The notes under the pieces: generated by a model | Seen by the model: only the letters and a program-made list of their open reading frames with translations | Database searches by the model: none | Told to the model about the DNA's origin: nothing | Origin: a virus | DNA: 64,000 bases | IMG/VR virus record: IMGVR_UViG_3300031787_011232 | Location: 4,768 to 68,767 of that record | Direction: 5' to 3' (one strand) | Made by a program: the position numbers and the translations under genes | Part shown: piece by piece, positions 9,168 to 18,568 of the stretch | How positions within the stretch are numbered: position 1 is the stretch's first letter | Layout: the number at the start of each line of letters is the position of its first letter

Positions 9168-10242
9168 AAAAAGGGCATTAATAACAGGTATGGAGGGACA
9201 GGACGGATCCTACCTCTATGATTTTTTAACAGAAAAAGGATATCAAGTATTTGGAACTAGAATGAAAAAAAGAGCACTAATAACAGGAATTAATGGTCAG
9301 GATGGATCATATCTTTCCGAATTTTTAATTGATAAAGGGTATGAGGTATTCGGAACGGTAAAAAGAAATTCAGTTTCAGAAACCCAAACAACAAGAATAG
9401 ATTCGGTATATCCCCAAATAAAAGACAATCTTATCTATGCAGATCTTAATGATTTATCTTCTTTGATACATGCATTGAAGACATCGGATCCTCATGAAGT
9501 CTATAACTTAGCTGCTCAAAGTCACGTTAGAATTTCTTTCGATCAGCCTCTCTATACTGCTCAGACCACAGGCGTAGGTGTTTTGAATATTCTAGAAGCT
9601 ATAAGAATACATAATCCTAAAATTAAAATGTATCAAGCATCTTCTTCCGAGATGTTTGGTAATTCTATAGACTCGGATGGATATCAAAGAGAAACTACTC
9701 CTATGAATCCCGTGTCTCCGTACGGATGCGCGAAGGTGTTTGGGTATAATATATGTCGAAACTATAGAAATTCCTACGGCCTTTTCGTTTCTAACGGAAT
9801 ACTTTTTAATCACGAATCCCCAAGGAGAGGAACTAATTTCGTAACCAATAAAGTTTGTAAAGAAGCGGTAAGAATAAAATTAGGGTTGACCGACAAATTA
9901 AATTTAGGAAATTTAGATGCTACGAGGGATTGGGGGCATGCTAAGGATTATGTAGAAGCTATGTGGATTATACTTCAGCAGGATCATCCAGATGATTACG
10001 TTTGTTCTACTGGGATATCACATTCGGTTAAGGATTTAGTAGAATATGTTTTTGGTAAATTGGAATTGGATTGGAAAAAATACGTAGTACAAGATCCAAA
10101 ATTTTTAAGGCCTGAAGAGCTAAATGATTTAAAAGGTGATTGTTCTAAATTAAAATCCCACACTGGGTGGTCTCCTAAATACACTTTTGAATCTATGTTA
10201 GATGAAATGATAGAACATTGGTTAATCGAATTATCTAAATAG
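9148..10242 (+). CDS. gmd: GDP-mannose 4,6-dehydratase with duplicated N-terminal motif (canonical start ATG 9262)
   Basis: ALITGINGQDGSYL, NLAAQSHV, YQASSSEMFG, SPYGCAK, GILFNHESPRRG, RDWGHAKDY. Confidence 0.96.
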   Translation: MTTQGNKKRALITGMEGQDGSYLYDFLTEKGYQVFGTRMKKRALITGINGQDGSYLSEFLIDKGYEVFGTVKRNSVSETQTTRIDSVYPQIKDNLIYADLNDLSSLIHALKTSDPHEVYNLAAQSHVRISFDQPLYTAQTTGVGVLNILEAIRIHNPKIKMYQASSSEMFGNSIDSDGYQRETTPMNPVSPYGCAKVFGYNICRNYRNSYGLFVSNGILFNHESPRRGTNFVTNKVCKEAVRIKLGLTDKLNLGNLDATRDWGHAKDYVEAMWIILQQDHPDDYVCSTGISHSVKDLVEYVFGKLELDWKKYVVQDPKFLRPEELNDLKGDCSKLKSHTGWSPKYTFESMLDEMIEHWLIELSK

Positions 10243-10265
10243 CAAATAATAATATTTTTATATCG

Positions 10266-10273
10266 GATATATA
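10266..10273 (+). promoter_or_regulatory. Late promoter candidate GATATATA
   Basis: Recurrent octamer resembling T4 late TATAAATA, upstream of 10295. Confidence 0.65.
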
Positions 10274-10294
10274 AAATACTAGAAAGTATTTTAT

Positions 10295-11842
10295 ATGCAA
10301 AAAAAATCTCTTTTAAATTTTAGACAATTTAGCGGAATTTTCGAAGAAGGTGAACCTTCTGATGAAGGAGAAGGAGGAGAAGGTCTTAAGGCTATAGATA
10401 TAGTCATAAATATTTTCTTTCAGATATATGGAATCGTAGTTACGCGAATAGGAGGGTACAAGGATGCAGTAAAAGATTATCAGGCCATAGCAAATTCCGA
10501 AAACGAAAAGCGGGGAGAACTTATGGTAAATACCATCAATAAAATATCCGATCTTGCTCTTACAAAAAATCCAGAATTAAAGGATTCAATAGGCCAATAT
10601 AAAAAATCTATGGATTTTTTAAACAAGGCATACGAAAAAATATTAACCGAAGATAAATCTCAGCTTTTTAATATAAAAAAGAAAATAAAAGATATAATTA
10701 TCGATTATTTGGAATCCCTAGTAGATAACGTAAAAAATACAAAACTTCCAGAATTAGAAAAAAAGAATGAGTCTTTTGAATATTTTGGGGATTTAATTCT
10801 AGAGAAAGATTTATACATTAAAGAAAGAAGAAAAGTTATAAAATCTATTTTGCCTTTGAGAGCAAAAACAGTAGATCTAGCAGATAAATCTATATTTCCG
10901 GAGATTAAAACTATTGCTAAAGGTGCTTTGAAGAAGTATGATGCTATTATAAAAACCCTACAGGACGATAATTTATTCGATAAGAAAAAAAGAACTGAAA
11001 GAGCAGAAGAAATCCAAAATTCTAGATTTTCAGCTATTTCCATAGAGAATGAATTGAATTCTTCTCTTTCTAAAATAGCTATCAAATACGGGATAGCAAA
11101 AGAAATAGATGATCTTATAAAAAAATCTTTAGAGTCTCTAAATTCTGCGAATACCTCTTTAGAAAAAGTAGAAAAAAAACAAGCAGAGGAGTCGGAAAAA
11201 AGTAAAATAGAGGATTCCGAAAAAGAAGAAAAGAAAAAAGAAGATGGCTCTAAAGAAACTATAGAATCCTACGGGTGGAAATCTATAAAAGACGGGGAAG
11301 ATAAAAAAGTCTACTATAAAAAACAAGATTGGGATAATTCTAAAAAAATAGAAGATCAAAAGGATAAAATAGCAATAGGAAAAATAGTAAAAGGCTCCAT
11401 CGACGAGGAAAAGAAAGAACTTAAAATATACAACGAATCCGAGAAAAAAGAATTTAAGAAATCTTTTTCCGATATAATAGATAAATCCCAAGCTGATAAA
11501 AATTCTAAAGAAAAAATAGAAAAAGAAGAAAAAGAAGAAAAGAAAAAAGAAGGGTATAAGGAAATAAAAGAGGGGGATAAAAATCAGGATTCGGTAAAAG
11601 AAATAAAAAAGACATTGAATCGAATACTCCCTAAAGGTAGTTCTTTAGAAGAGAATGGGGATTATGATAAAAAATTAAAAGAATCTTTATCTACTGCAGT
11701 AAAATTAATGAAATCTCTAGGTATTTTAGATCCTAGTTACAAAGAAAATACTGGAAAAATAACAGTAGAATTCCAGAAAAAATTGGAAGAATATATAAAG
11801 AAGATAGAATCCGTTAGAAAGGATTTAAAAAATTTAAGTTAA
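10295..11842 (+). CDS. Hypothetical K/E-rich protein, possibly internal virion protein
   Basis: Long ORF; late promoter; N-terminus LLNFRQFSGIFE. Confidence 0.6.
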   Translation: MQKKSLLNFRQFSGIFEEGEPSDEGEGGEGLKAIDIVINIFFQIYGIVVTRIGGYKDAVKDYQAIANSENEKRGELMVNTINKISDLALTKNPELKDSIGQYKKSMDFLNKAYEKILTEDKSQLFNIKKKIKDIIIDYLESLVDNVKNTKLPELEKKNESFEYFGDLILEKDLYIKERRKVIKSILPLRAKTVDLADKSIFPEIKTIAKGALKKYDAIIKTLQDDNLFDKKKRTERAEEIQNSRFSAISIENELNSSLSKIAIKYGIAKEIDDLIKKSLESLNSANTSLEKVEKKQAEESEKSKIEDSEKEEKKKEDGSKETIESYGWKSIKDGEDKKVYYKKQDWDNSKKIEDQKDKIAIGKIVKGSIDEEKKELKIYNESEKKEFKKSFSDIIDKSQADKNSKEKIEKEEKEEKKKEGYKEIKEGDKNQDSVKEIKKTLNRILPKGSSLEENGDYDKKLKESLSTAVKLMKSLGILDPSYKENTGKITVEFQKKLEEYIKKIESVRKDLKNLS

Positions 11843-11852
11843 GAAAATCAAA

Positions 11853-12629
11853 ATGGAAATAATAAATTTTTCAGATTTTTTATTCGAAAAGGAAAAAAAG
11901 AAGGAAAAAGATTCCCAAACTAAACCGGATGCCAAGGCTGCCGATGGTGAATGGAAGAAAAAGTGGGACAAAAACTGGAGTATTCCTATAGATCCAGAAA
12001 GAATAAAACCGGTTGCAAATCAATTAGAATTATGCGTGAGAAATTGTAAACGTTCTATCGAAAGAATAAATCTCTTATTTTCTGAAGCTGATCAGAAAAA
12101 ATCCGAAACCCCCATCAAAGATCTTAATGCATATGTGGATGAAATAACGAAAATGCGATTAGGAGGAGGAAATGGAAAAGGGGTGGTAAAAGACGGTATA
12201 ATAAAAAAAGCAGAAAATTTTTGGGAGGATTGGTCCAAAAACGAAGGAAATCGGGCATCTCTCATTGAGAGCTCAAAAGGAATAACCCAAGAAGAAAGAG
12301 AAGAATTTATAGATAAAATAGTGGGATCAAAATTGGAAATAGATAAAGCAAGAAAATCTGTAGATACCGGGGATATTTCTAGTGCAGAATATATCCAAAA
12401 CATAAAAAATTATATAAAAGATAAAGAAGGAAGGGGTATAGGATTCGAAGAAGGAATGAAAAAAGTTATGTATGAAACTATAAAAGAAGGCATATCTGAC
12501 CTACAAAGTTCTATAGATAATTACATTAAAGCTTTAGATGAATATACAAGTGTTTATAATACTTTCATGGATAATGTTCAAAAAGGTGCTATTGAAATTA
12601 TCAATCAGAAGAGACATAAAAATAATTAG
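11853..12629 (+). CDS. Hypothetical protein, possibly internal virion protein
   Basis: N-terminus MEIINFSDFLFE. Confidence 0.55.
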   Translation: MEIINFSDFLFEKEKKKEKDSQTKPDAKAADGEWKKKWDKNWSIPIDPERIKPVANQLELCVRNCKRSIERINLLFSEADQKKSETPIKDLNAYVDEITKMRLGGGNGKGVVKDGIIKKAENFWEDWSKNEGNRASLIESSKGITQEEREEFIDKIVGSKLEIDKARKSVDTGDISSAEYIQNIKNYIKDKEGRGIGFEEGMKKVMYETIKEGISDLQSSIDNYIKALDEYTSVYNTFMDNVQKGAIEIINQKRHKNN

Positions 12630-12644
12630 AATAAAAAATTAAAA

Positions 12645-14024
12645 ATGCCAAGATCTATATTAGAAATATTATTAGAGAAAAAAAATCCTCCTTTGGTTTA
12701 TCCTTCGGAGTCACACGTTTATAATACTTTAAATATTTTATTGGATCAGGTTTTAAATAATCTATCAGCCCTTAAAGCTATGAGGGGATTTGGCGGGGTT
12801 GAAGTTTTCGGAAAAATATCCGAAGAATTAAAAAGCTTTAGGGAAGGAATAGAATCCGATATAAAGGATCTAGATAATGGAACTAAAAAATGGAACGATC
12901 CAAAATTCCAGGAATCTATAGGAGGTAAAGATGGAAAAGGGGGAAAAATTAAAGAAATAGTCGATCTCGTAGAAAAGCTAGGAGAAGCTAGAATAAATTC
13001 GCTAGGAGAAAAAGATGCTTTTAGTAAGGGAAATACTTTCTTTGAAACCGGAGAATCTTTAGTAAGATCAGCAGAAAAAAAATTCTTAGAAATTGCAACT
13101 ATTAGGGATAACCAGATTAAATCCGCAGAACAGAGATCTACTACAGATCTTTTTTCTTCTAATAAATTCGATACAGATAAATTGGACATAACAGCTAAAA
13201 AAACTGATCCCAGTTCAGGAAAAAATGACAAAGAAAAGAAGGAGATCGAAAAGCAAAATGATATTATAGAGGAAACGAACAAAAGACTTAGAATGGGATT
13301 ATTCTATTATCTTGCAATGATATTATCATCTACCCAAAGCGAAATAGAAAAAGGATGGGGAAATGTAGAATTTAAAGAAGAAAAACCGGCTAAAGCGGGG
13401 GAAACGGCTGCGCAGAAAAAAGCAAGAGAGAAAGAAAATGAAGAAATAAAGAAAGAAAACGAGAAAATTAAACCAGATATAGAAAAGCAGAGAGCGAAAA
13501 GACTAGAGTATTTGCAAAAGGCTTTACCCTTTATAGAATCCATTACAGGAAAAGATTTTGACGATAAAGATCCTGCATCGGATGAAATCTATATGAAAAC
13601 TTTAATGGCTTTAGCTAGTTATACCCCGGGATTCAAAAATTATGAACCCGATATTAAAGAAGAAAATATAAAAATAACAGGGGATCAATACAAAAAAATA
13701 TCCGAAAAAGTAGGAAGTGACAAGAAGAATATGCTAGATAAACTAGATTTGATATTAAAAAGACACGGGAAAAATGATATCAAAGACACCAAAATAAGAG
13801 AAAAAATAGAAGAAGCTAAGAAAGAATTAGAAAAAGTAGATCCAAAAACTGCTTGTGATTATGAATCCCTAAAAAAACTACAAGAAGCAAAAGCGGATAT
13901 AGCAGAGAAGATAAAAGAATACGGAAAGCATTTAGAAGAAGACGACAAAAAAGATCTAGAAGAGATATCAGTAATAATAGACGCGATATTCGATTATTGT
14001 TATTCCAAAGAATATAGTAAATAA
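12645..14024 (+). CDS. Hypothetical K/E-rich helical protein
   Basis: Long ORF in same operon; N-terminus MPRSILEILLE. Confidence 0.55.
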   Translation: MPRSILEILLEKKNPPLVYPSESHVYNTLNILLDQVLNNLSALKAMRGFGGVEVFGKISEELKSFREGIESDIKDLDNGTKKWNDPKFQESIGGKDGKGGKIKEIVDLVEKLGEARINSLGEKDAFSKGNTFFETGESLVRSAEKKFLEIATIRDNQIKSAEQRSTTDLFSSNKFDTDKLDITAKKTDPSSGKNDKEKKEIEKQNDIIEETNKRLRMGLFYYLAMILSSTQSEIEKGWGNVEFKEEKPAKAGETAAQKKAREKENEEIKKENEKIKPDIEKQRAKRLEYLQKALPFIESITGKDFDDKDPASDEIYMKTLMALASYTPGFKNYEPDIKEENIKITGDQYKKISEKVGSDKKNMLDKLDLILKRHGKNDIKDTKIREKIEEAKKELEKVDPKTACDYESLKKLQEAKADIAEKIKEYGKHLEEDDKKDLEEISVIIDAIFDYCYSKEYSK

Positions 14025-14165
14025 TAAAATAAGGGGGGTCCGAAACTTTTTATTTAAAAACCAACTAAGATAATTATCTAATTACCCGGGGATGATCTTA
14101 TATCTAAGAGAGTCTAATACCCAAAACTTTAAATCGTTATTTTATAAAGAATAGCCCAAACTTTT

Positions 14166-14194
14166 GAAACAAGACCATTTCTTTTCGGTATAAT
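14166..14194 (+). promoter_or_regulatory. Class A promoter candidate, GAAAC-N18-TATAAT
   Basis: Recurrent motif upstream of uvsX. Confidence 0.65.
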
Positions 14195-14211
14195 TAGAAA
14201 ATAAAAGAAAT

Positions 14212-15396
14212 ATGGCAAAATCTCAAGCTACACAATCAAGTAAACCTTTTTCATTTTTAGATTTAGATAAAGAGTTATCTAAAATAGAAGGATTTGAGTT
14301 GGGATCTATACTATCTAACAACACGTTCAGTGAAGTTGATGAGTGGATTCCTACCGGTAATTACCTTCTTAACGGTCAGTTATCAGGAACACTTTTTGGT
14401 GGGATCCCTAATACAAGATCTCTTGGTCTTATGGGGGATCCAGGAACAGGTAAATCTTTCGTGTGTCTTAATGTCGTTAGAGAAGCTCAAAAGAAAGGAT
14501 ATGATGTGGTTTATTGCGATACAGAAGGAGCTATAGATAAATCTTCAGCTCTTAAATTTGGTATAGATGCAAATAAAATAAGATATCAACCTATTAAAAC
14601 GGTTTCCCAATTCCAGACTTTTGTTGCGAATCTTGTAGATATGGTAAATAAAGCAAGATCGAAAGGAGAATCTCCTAAAATACTTTTAATTTTGGATTCT
14701 ATTGGAATGCTTTCTACGGATAAAGAGATTGCAGATGCTATTAGAGGACATAATGCAGCAGATATGGGTGCTAAAGCTAAGGAGCTAAGAAAGCTATTCA
14801 GAGTTATTACCCTTGATCTTACCGCTGCTAAGATTCCTTTAATTTGTACCAATCACGTTTATACCGGAGGAGGATTTATGCCAACCAAAGAAAGCTCCGG
14901 CGGGGATGGTCCTATATTCTCTATGTCAGTAATTTCTTTCCTTTCCAAAGCTCAGCTAAAAGAAGGGTCTAGCACAACAAGAACCGGTATAGTTGTGACG
15001 TCTAATCTTAAAAAAAGTCGTTTTACTGTACCAGAGCCCGTTAAATTCCATATATCATTTGCAAACGGTATGAATCCTTACGTGGGGCTTCAGGATTACG
15101 TTTCTTGGGACGTTTGCGGAATAGAGAGAGGTAAATTAGAAGAAGTTAAAAATTCAGAAGGTAAAAAAGAACTTAAATTTACAGCTAATGCTTCTTCTAC
15201 TAGATGGGCGGTAAGACATTTAGGAAAAACTGTTACAACTTCTGAATTATTTACTTCTAAAGTTTTTACCCCGGAAGTTCTAATAGATCTAGACGAAAAA
15301 GTAATTCAGAAGAAATTCAAATTGCCAGAGCTTACGGATTATAGCGATATGATAGATTCTGTTGATTCTGATTTTGAAGAAAGCGGGGATGAATAG
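14212..15396 (+). CDS. uvsX: RecA-like recombinase UvsX
   Basis: LSGTLFGG, Walker A GDPGTGKS, DTE, ILDSIGML, TNHVY, KKSRF. Confidence 0.9.
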   Translation: MAKSQATQSSKPFSFLDLDKELSKIEGFELGSILSNNTFSEVDEWIPTGNYLLNGQLSGTLFGGIPNTRSLGLMGDPGTGKSFVCLNVVREAQKKGYDVVYCDTEGAIDKSSALKFGIDANKIRYQPIKTVSQFQTFVANLVDMVNKARSKGESPKILLILDSIGMLSTDKEIADAIRGHNAADMGAKAKELRKLFRVITLDLTAAKIPLICTNHVYTGGGFMPTKESSGGDGPIFSMSVISFLSKAQLKEGSSTTRTGIVVTSNLKKSRFTVPEPVKFHISFANGMNPYVGLQDYVSWDVCGIERGKLEEVKNSEGKKELKFTANASSTRWAVRHLGKTVTTSELFTSKVFTPEVLIDLDEKVIQKKFKLPELTDYSDMIDSVDSDFEESGDE

Positions 15397-15667
15397 AAAT
15401 CAGATAAAATTAAAATACGTATTGAATCTTTGGAAATCCCTTCCGGGTTATCCTACTAAAGAAGATGTTCTTTATGAAATAAAATCTTTTTTAGTTAGGG
15501 ATTCGAGGCCCGGAGAATTTTCTCCACAAACTCTAAATGCAGTATTTGGACCTAAATGGGAAAAAAGCGTCTATGGAAAATTAGTAGATGAATTAATAGA
15601 AGAAGGTCTAATAGAGGAAACTAAAAAAGCATCTGCATCTAAAAAGTGGTATAAACTAAAAAAATAA
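15389..15667 (+). CDS. Hypothetical protein, possible winged-helix (ATG 15389 preferred over track start 15362)
   Basis: VDELIEEGLIEE...KWYKL resembles a wHTH wing; fills uvsX-helicase gap. Confidence 0.45.
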   Translation: MNRNQIKLKYVLNLWKSLPGYPTKEDVLYEIKSFLVRDSRPGEFSPQTLNAVFGPKWEKSVYGKLVDELIEEGLIEETKKASASKKWYKLKK

Positions 15668-15677
15668 TTCTTATTTA

Positions 15678-16979
15678 ATGGAGCTTTCTCACTCAGAAAA
15701 CATTATACTAAGGTATATAATTGAAAATCCTGTCTATTTAGAAACCTGCATTCCCTCCTATTTCAATAATGAATCATTAGGAGAAATAATGAAAGTGGTT
15801 TCTGATTTTTGGGAAAGATACCACGAAATACCTAAAGGGGATCAGATAGTAGAATCTTTTAAGATTCAGGGAAAATCCGACCTAGTTTCTTCTGACGAAA
15901 TAAGATCTCTTTTTTCTATAGACCTAAAAAAATACGAAGATGTTTGGTTAAAAGAGACCACAGAATTTTTTATAGAATATAAAACTCTGACTAAATCAGC
16001 GGTAGATGGTCTAAAATATATCCAATCAACTCCTGTAGATTCCGAAAGCATAAGGGGAGTTATAGATAATTTCAAAAGAATAATTTTAGAAAGAAATAAT
16101 ATAGATTTTAATTTTGACGAAGGTCTAGATTTCTTTAATCCCGATAGTCATAAGCAGCTTTCCCATAAAACTTTTTCCAGCGGATACCCTTTTATAGATA
16201 CTGTGTTAGGAGGAGGATTTTCGGCAAAAGCTCTTTATGTTTTTATGGGCATGCCTAAAGTAGGTAAATCTCTTTGGATGGGTAATCTTGCAATCCAGGG
16301 TATGAAAAAAGGTCATAACGTCGCTATCATATCTTTAGAAATGGGGGATAGAAAATACGCAAAAAGAGTCGGATCTAATCTCTTAAATATTCCCATTTCA
16401 GAATACAACCAGGTATCAAACGATGAAGAAACAATGAAGAAAAAGCTTAACAATGTAGCTTATGATAACTTCAGCGTTCCCGGGCAATTCCTAATTAAAG
16501 AATTTCCAACTTCTCAGGCTTCCACAAATGATATAGAAAATTATCTAAAGAAAGTGGAAGAAATGAGGGGAATTAAATTCAAGATGGTTGTTATAGATTA
16601 CATCAATATTATGAAGAATTGGAGAAATCCTAATTCAGAAAATACCTATATGAAGATTAAACAGATAGCAGAAGATCTTAGAGGAATGGCGGTTAGAAAC
16701 GAATGGGCTATAATCACTGGAACCCAAACCAAACAAGGAGATTTCGATGCATCCGATTTATCTATAAATTCAGCAGCAGAATCTTCAGGACTTGTAGCAA
16801 CCGTAGACGGAATGTTTGGTATTATACAAGATCCTATAATGTATTCTAACGGAGAATATAAACTTAAATTATTAGCTAACCGCGAGGATGGATATAAAAA
16901 TGCTTATAAAATTTTTAATGTTGATTACAAATACATGAGAATTATAGAAGATATATCTAAAGCCATGCACACAGAATAA
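15678..16979 (+). CDS. gp41: DnaB-like replicative helicase
   Basis: SGYPFIDTVLGGG, GMPKVGKS, SLEM, IKEFPT, VIDYINIM, IAEDLRGMA, AESSG. Confidence 0.92.
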   Translation: MELSHSENIILRYIIENPVYLETCIPSYFNNESLGEIMKVVSDFWERYHEIPKGDQIVESFKIQGKSDLVSSDEIRSLFSIDLKKYEDVWLKETTEFFIEYKTLTKSAVDGLKYIQSTPVDSESIRGVIDNFKRIILERNNIDFNFDEGLDFFNPDSHKQLSHKTFSSGYPFIDTVLGGGFSAKALYVFMGMPKVGKSLWMGNLAIQGMKKGHNVAIISLEMGDRKYAKRVGSNLLNIPISEYNQVSNDEETMKKKLNNVAYDNFSVPGQFLIKEFPTSQASTNDIENYLKKVEEMRGIKFKMVVIDYINIMKNWRNPNSENTYMKIKQIAEDLRGMAVRNEWAIITGTQTKQGDFDASDLSINSAAESSGLVATVDGMFGIIQDPIMYSNGEYKLKLLANREDGYKNAYKIFNVDYKYMRIIEDISKAMHTE

Positions 16980-16986
16980 AAAAAAT

Positions 16987-17454
16987 ATGAACAAAGACCA
17001 TCTTGAAGAAAATCAACCACAAAAATCTTTAGGAGATAAGATTTTAGGAGCTCACAATAATCCCACTAAAGATTATGAATATGTTGATAGCTATGATGTA
17101 GATTCCGAAAGCTCTTTTCTAGATCAATATTACGACGAAGAAGAGCACAACCACAAAATAAAATTAGAGGAATTAATCTATAGCGCATTTCAAGAATCCA
17201 GATGGTTTCCCTTGAATTACAAAAAGAAAATACCTAAAGATTTAGTTCCCCACGTATTTGAAGAAGTTCTAGATAAATTAGAAGAAAGTGAATATTCTTT
17301 TTCTGAAAAATTTGTTTCTATATGTGATTATATAGGAGTTAATTATGCAAAAGCCTATGAGATAATTCCTATAAAATACAAAGAAATGGTTATAAATGAA
17401 CTTGAAACTAAGTTCAATATTCTATCTAAAAAGAAGATAAAAAGACTCTTTTAA
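16987..17454 (+). CDS. Hypothetical protein, C-terminus possibly gp33-like late transcription coactivator
   Basis: FSEKFVSICDYIGV...IIPIKYKEMVINE pattern is reminiscent of gp33; weak. Confidence 0.35.
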   Translation: MNKDHLEENQPQKSLGDKILGAHNNPTKDYEYVDSYDVDSESSFLDQYYDEEEHNHKIKLEELIYSAFQESRWFPLNYKKKIPKDLVPHVFEEVLDKLEESEYSFSEKFVSICDYIGVNYAKAYEIIPIKYKEMVINELETKFNILSKKKIKRLF

Positions 17455-17455
17455 T

Positions 17456-18568
17456 ATGAAATATCCCATAATTAAAAATCTAAACGGGAAAAGAGTGTGG
17501 TTCATAACGGATACTCATTTAGGAATCCGAAACAGCTCAAACGAATGGCAATCTATAATAAGAGAATATTTCTTTGATTGGTTTTTTCCTTTGGTTAAAA
17601 AAAATTATAAGCCTGGAGATATCCTAATACATTGCGGGGATTTTTACGATTCCAGACAAAGCTTAAATCTCAAAGTTTTGAATCTTGGGGTTGAGGTAGT
17701 TGAAGAGATGTCAAATATATTCAAAGACGGAGTTTATTTCATAGTTGGGAATCATGATATATTTGGTAAAATGACAAATACCGTAAATTCCCTTAAATCT
17801 ATAAAATGGATCCCGGGAATTACTATATTGGAAGATCCACACACATTAATTTTAGGGGATAAAAAATTCTTTATGATGCCTTGGAGAAAAGACCATAAGG
17901 AAGAAGAAGAGACTCTGGATAATGCTGATCCCCACGATTATCTTTGCTGCCATGCCGATATAAGGGGATTAAGTTTTAGCCGTCACGTAAAAGTAGAAAC
18001 CGGTACCGAAATTAAAAAATTCTCTAAATTTGCTAGAGTTTATTCCGGTCATATTCATTATGCTCAAGAAGTTGGAAACATTAGAATGCTAGGATCCCCT
18101 TACGAGTTAACAAGATCTGACATGGGAAATCCGAAAGGAATACTTTTTTTGGATCTGGAAAAAAACGAAGAAAAATTTTTTATTAATGATTTTTCCCCTA
18201 GATTTAAAAAATATATTTTCGATCAGATACTAGAAAAAACTATAGAAGAATTAGAATCTGAGTTTAGAAATAATTTTATAGATATTATGATAGATCCTAT
18301 CATGTCTTTAAAAGCTCCTTTAAGTATTTTAACAGATTCTATACAAACCCAAAGATCCATAAATTTTCACCCTTACGATCCCAACCAAGCAAATAATCTT
18401 ACCCAACAAATTTTAGATACCGAGGGTAGAATATTTAATGTTATGGATTTTATAAATGAATATGTTAAAAGCATGGAAATAGACGAGCCTAGCAAAAATA
18501 AAATAATATCCAGTCTTAAAAAATTACACGATCTAGTTTCCGAACAAGATCAAAATCCTATAAGATAA
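17456..18568 (+). CDS. gp47: Mre11/SbcD-like recombination nuclease
   Basis: TDTHLG, GDFYD, GNHD, SGHIH, GSP. Confidence 0.92.
   Translation: MKYPIIKNLNGKRVWFITDTHLGIRNSSNEWQSIIREYFFDWFFPLVKKNYKPGDILIHCGDFYDSRQSLNLKVLNLGVEVVEEMSNIFKDGVYFIVGNHDIFGKMTNTVNSLKSIKWIPGITILEDPHTLILGDKKFFMMPWRKDHKEEEETLDNADPHDYLCCHADIRGLSFSRHVKVETGTEIKKFSKFARVYSGHIHYAQEVGNIRMLGSPYELTRSDMGNPKGILFLDLEKNEEKFFINDFSPRFKKYIFDQILEKTIEELESEFRNNFIDIMIDPIMSLKAPLSILTDSIQTQRSINFHPYDPNQANNLTQQILDTEGRIFNVMDFINEYVKSMEIDEPSKNKIISSLKKLHDLVSEQDQNPIR

Noticed and set aside
10705-13543. Several F/S/L-rich minus-strand ORFs (similar ones near 37259-37820 and 48624-48929)
   Set aside because: Reverse complements of K/E-rich plus-strand genes; no independent motifs
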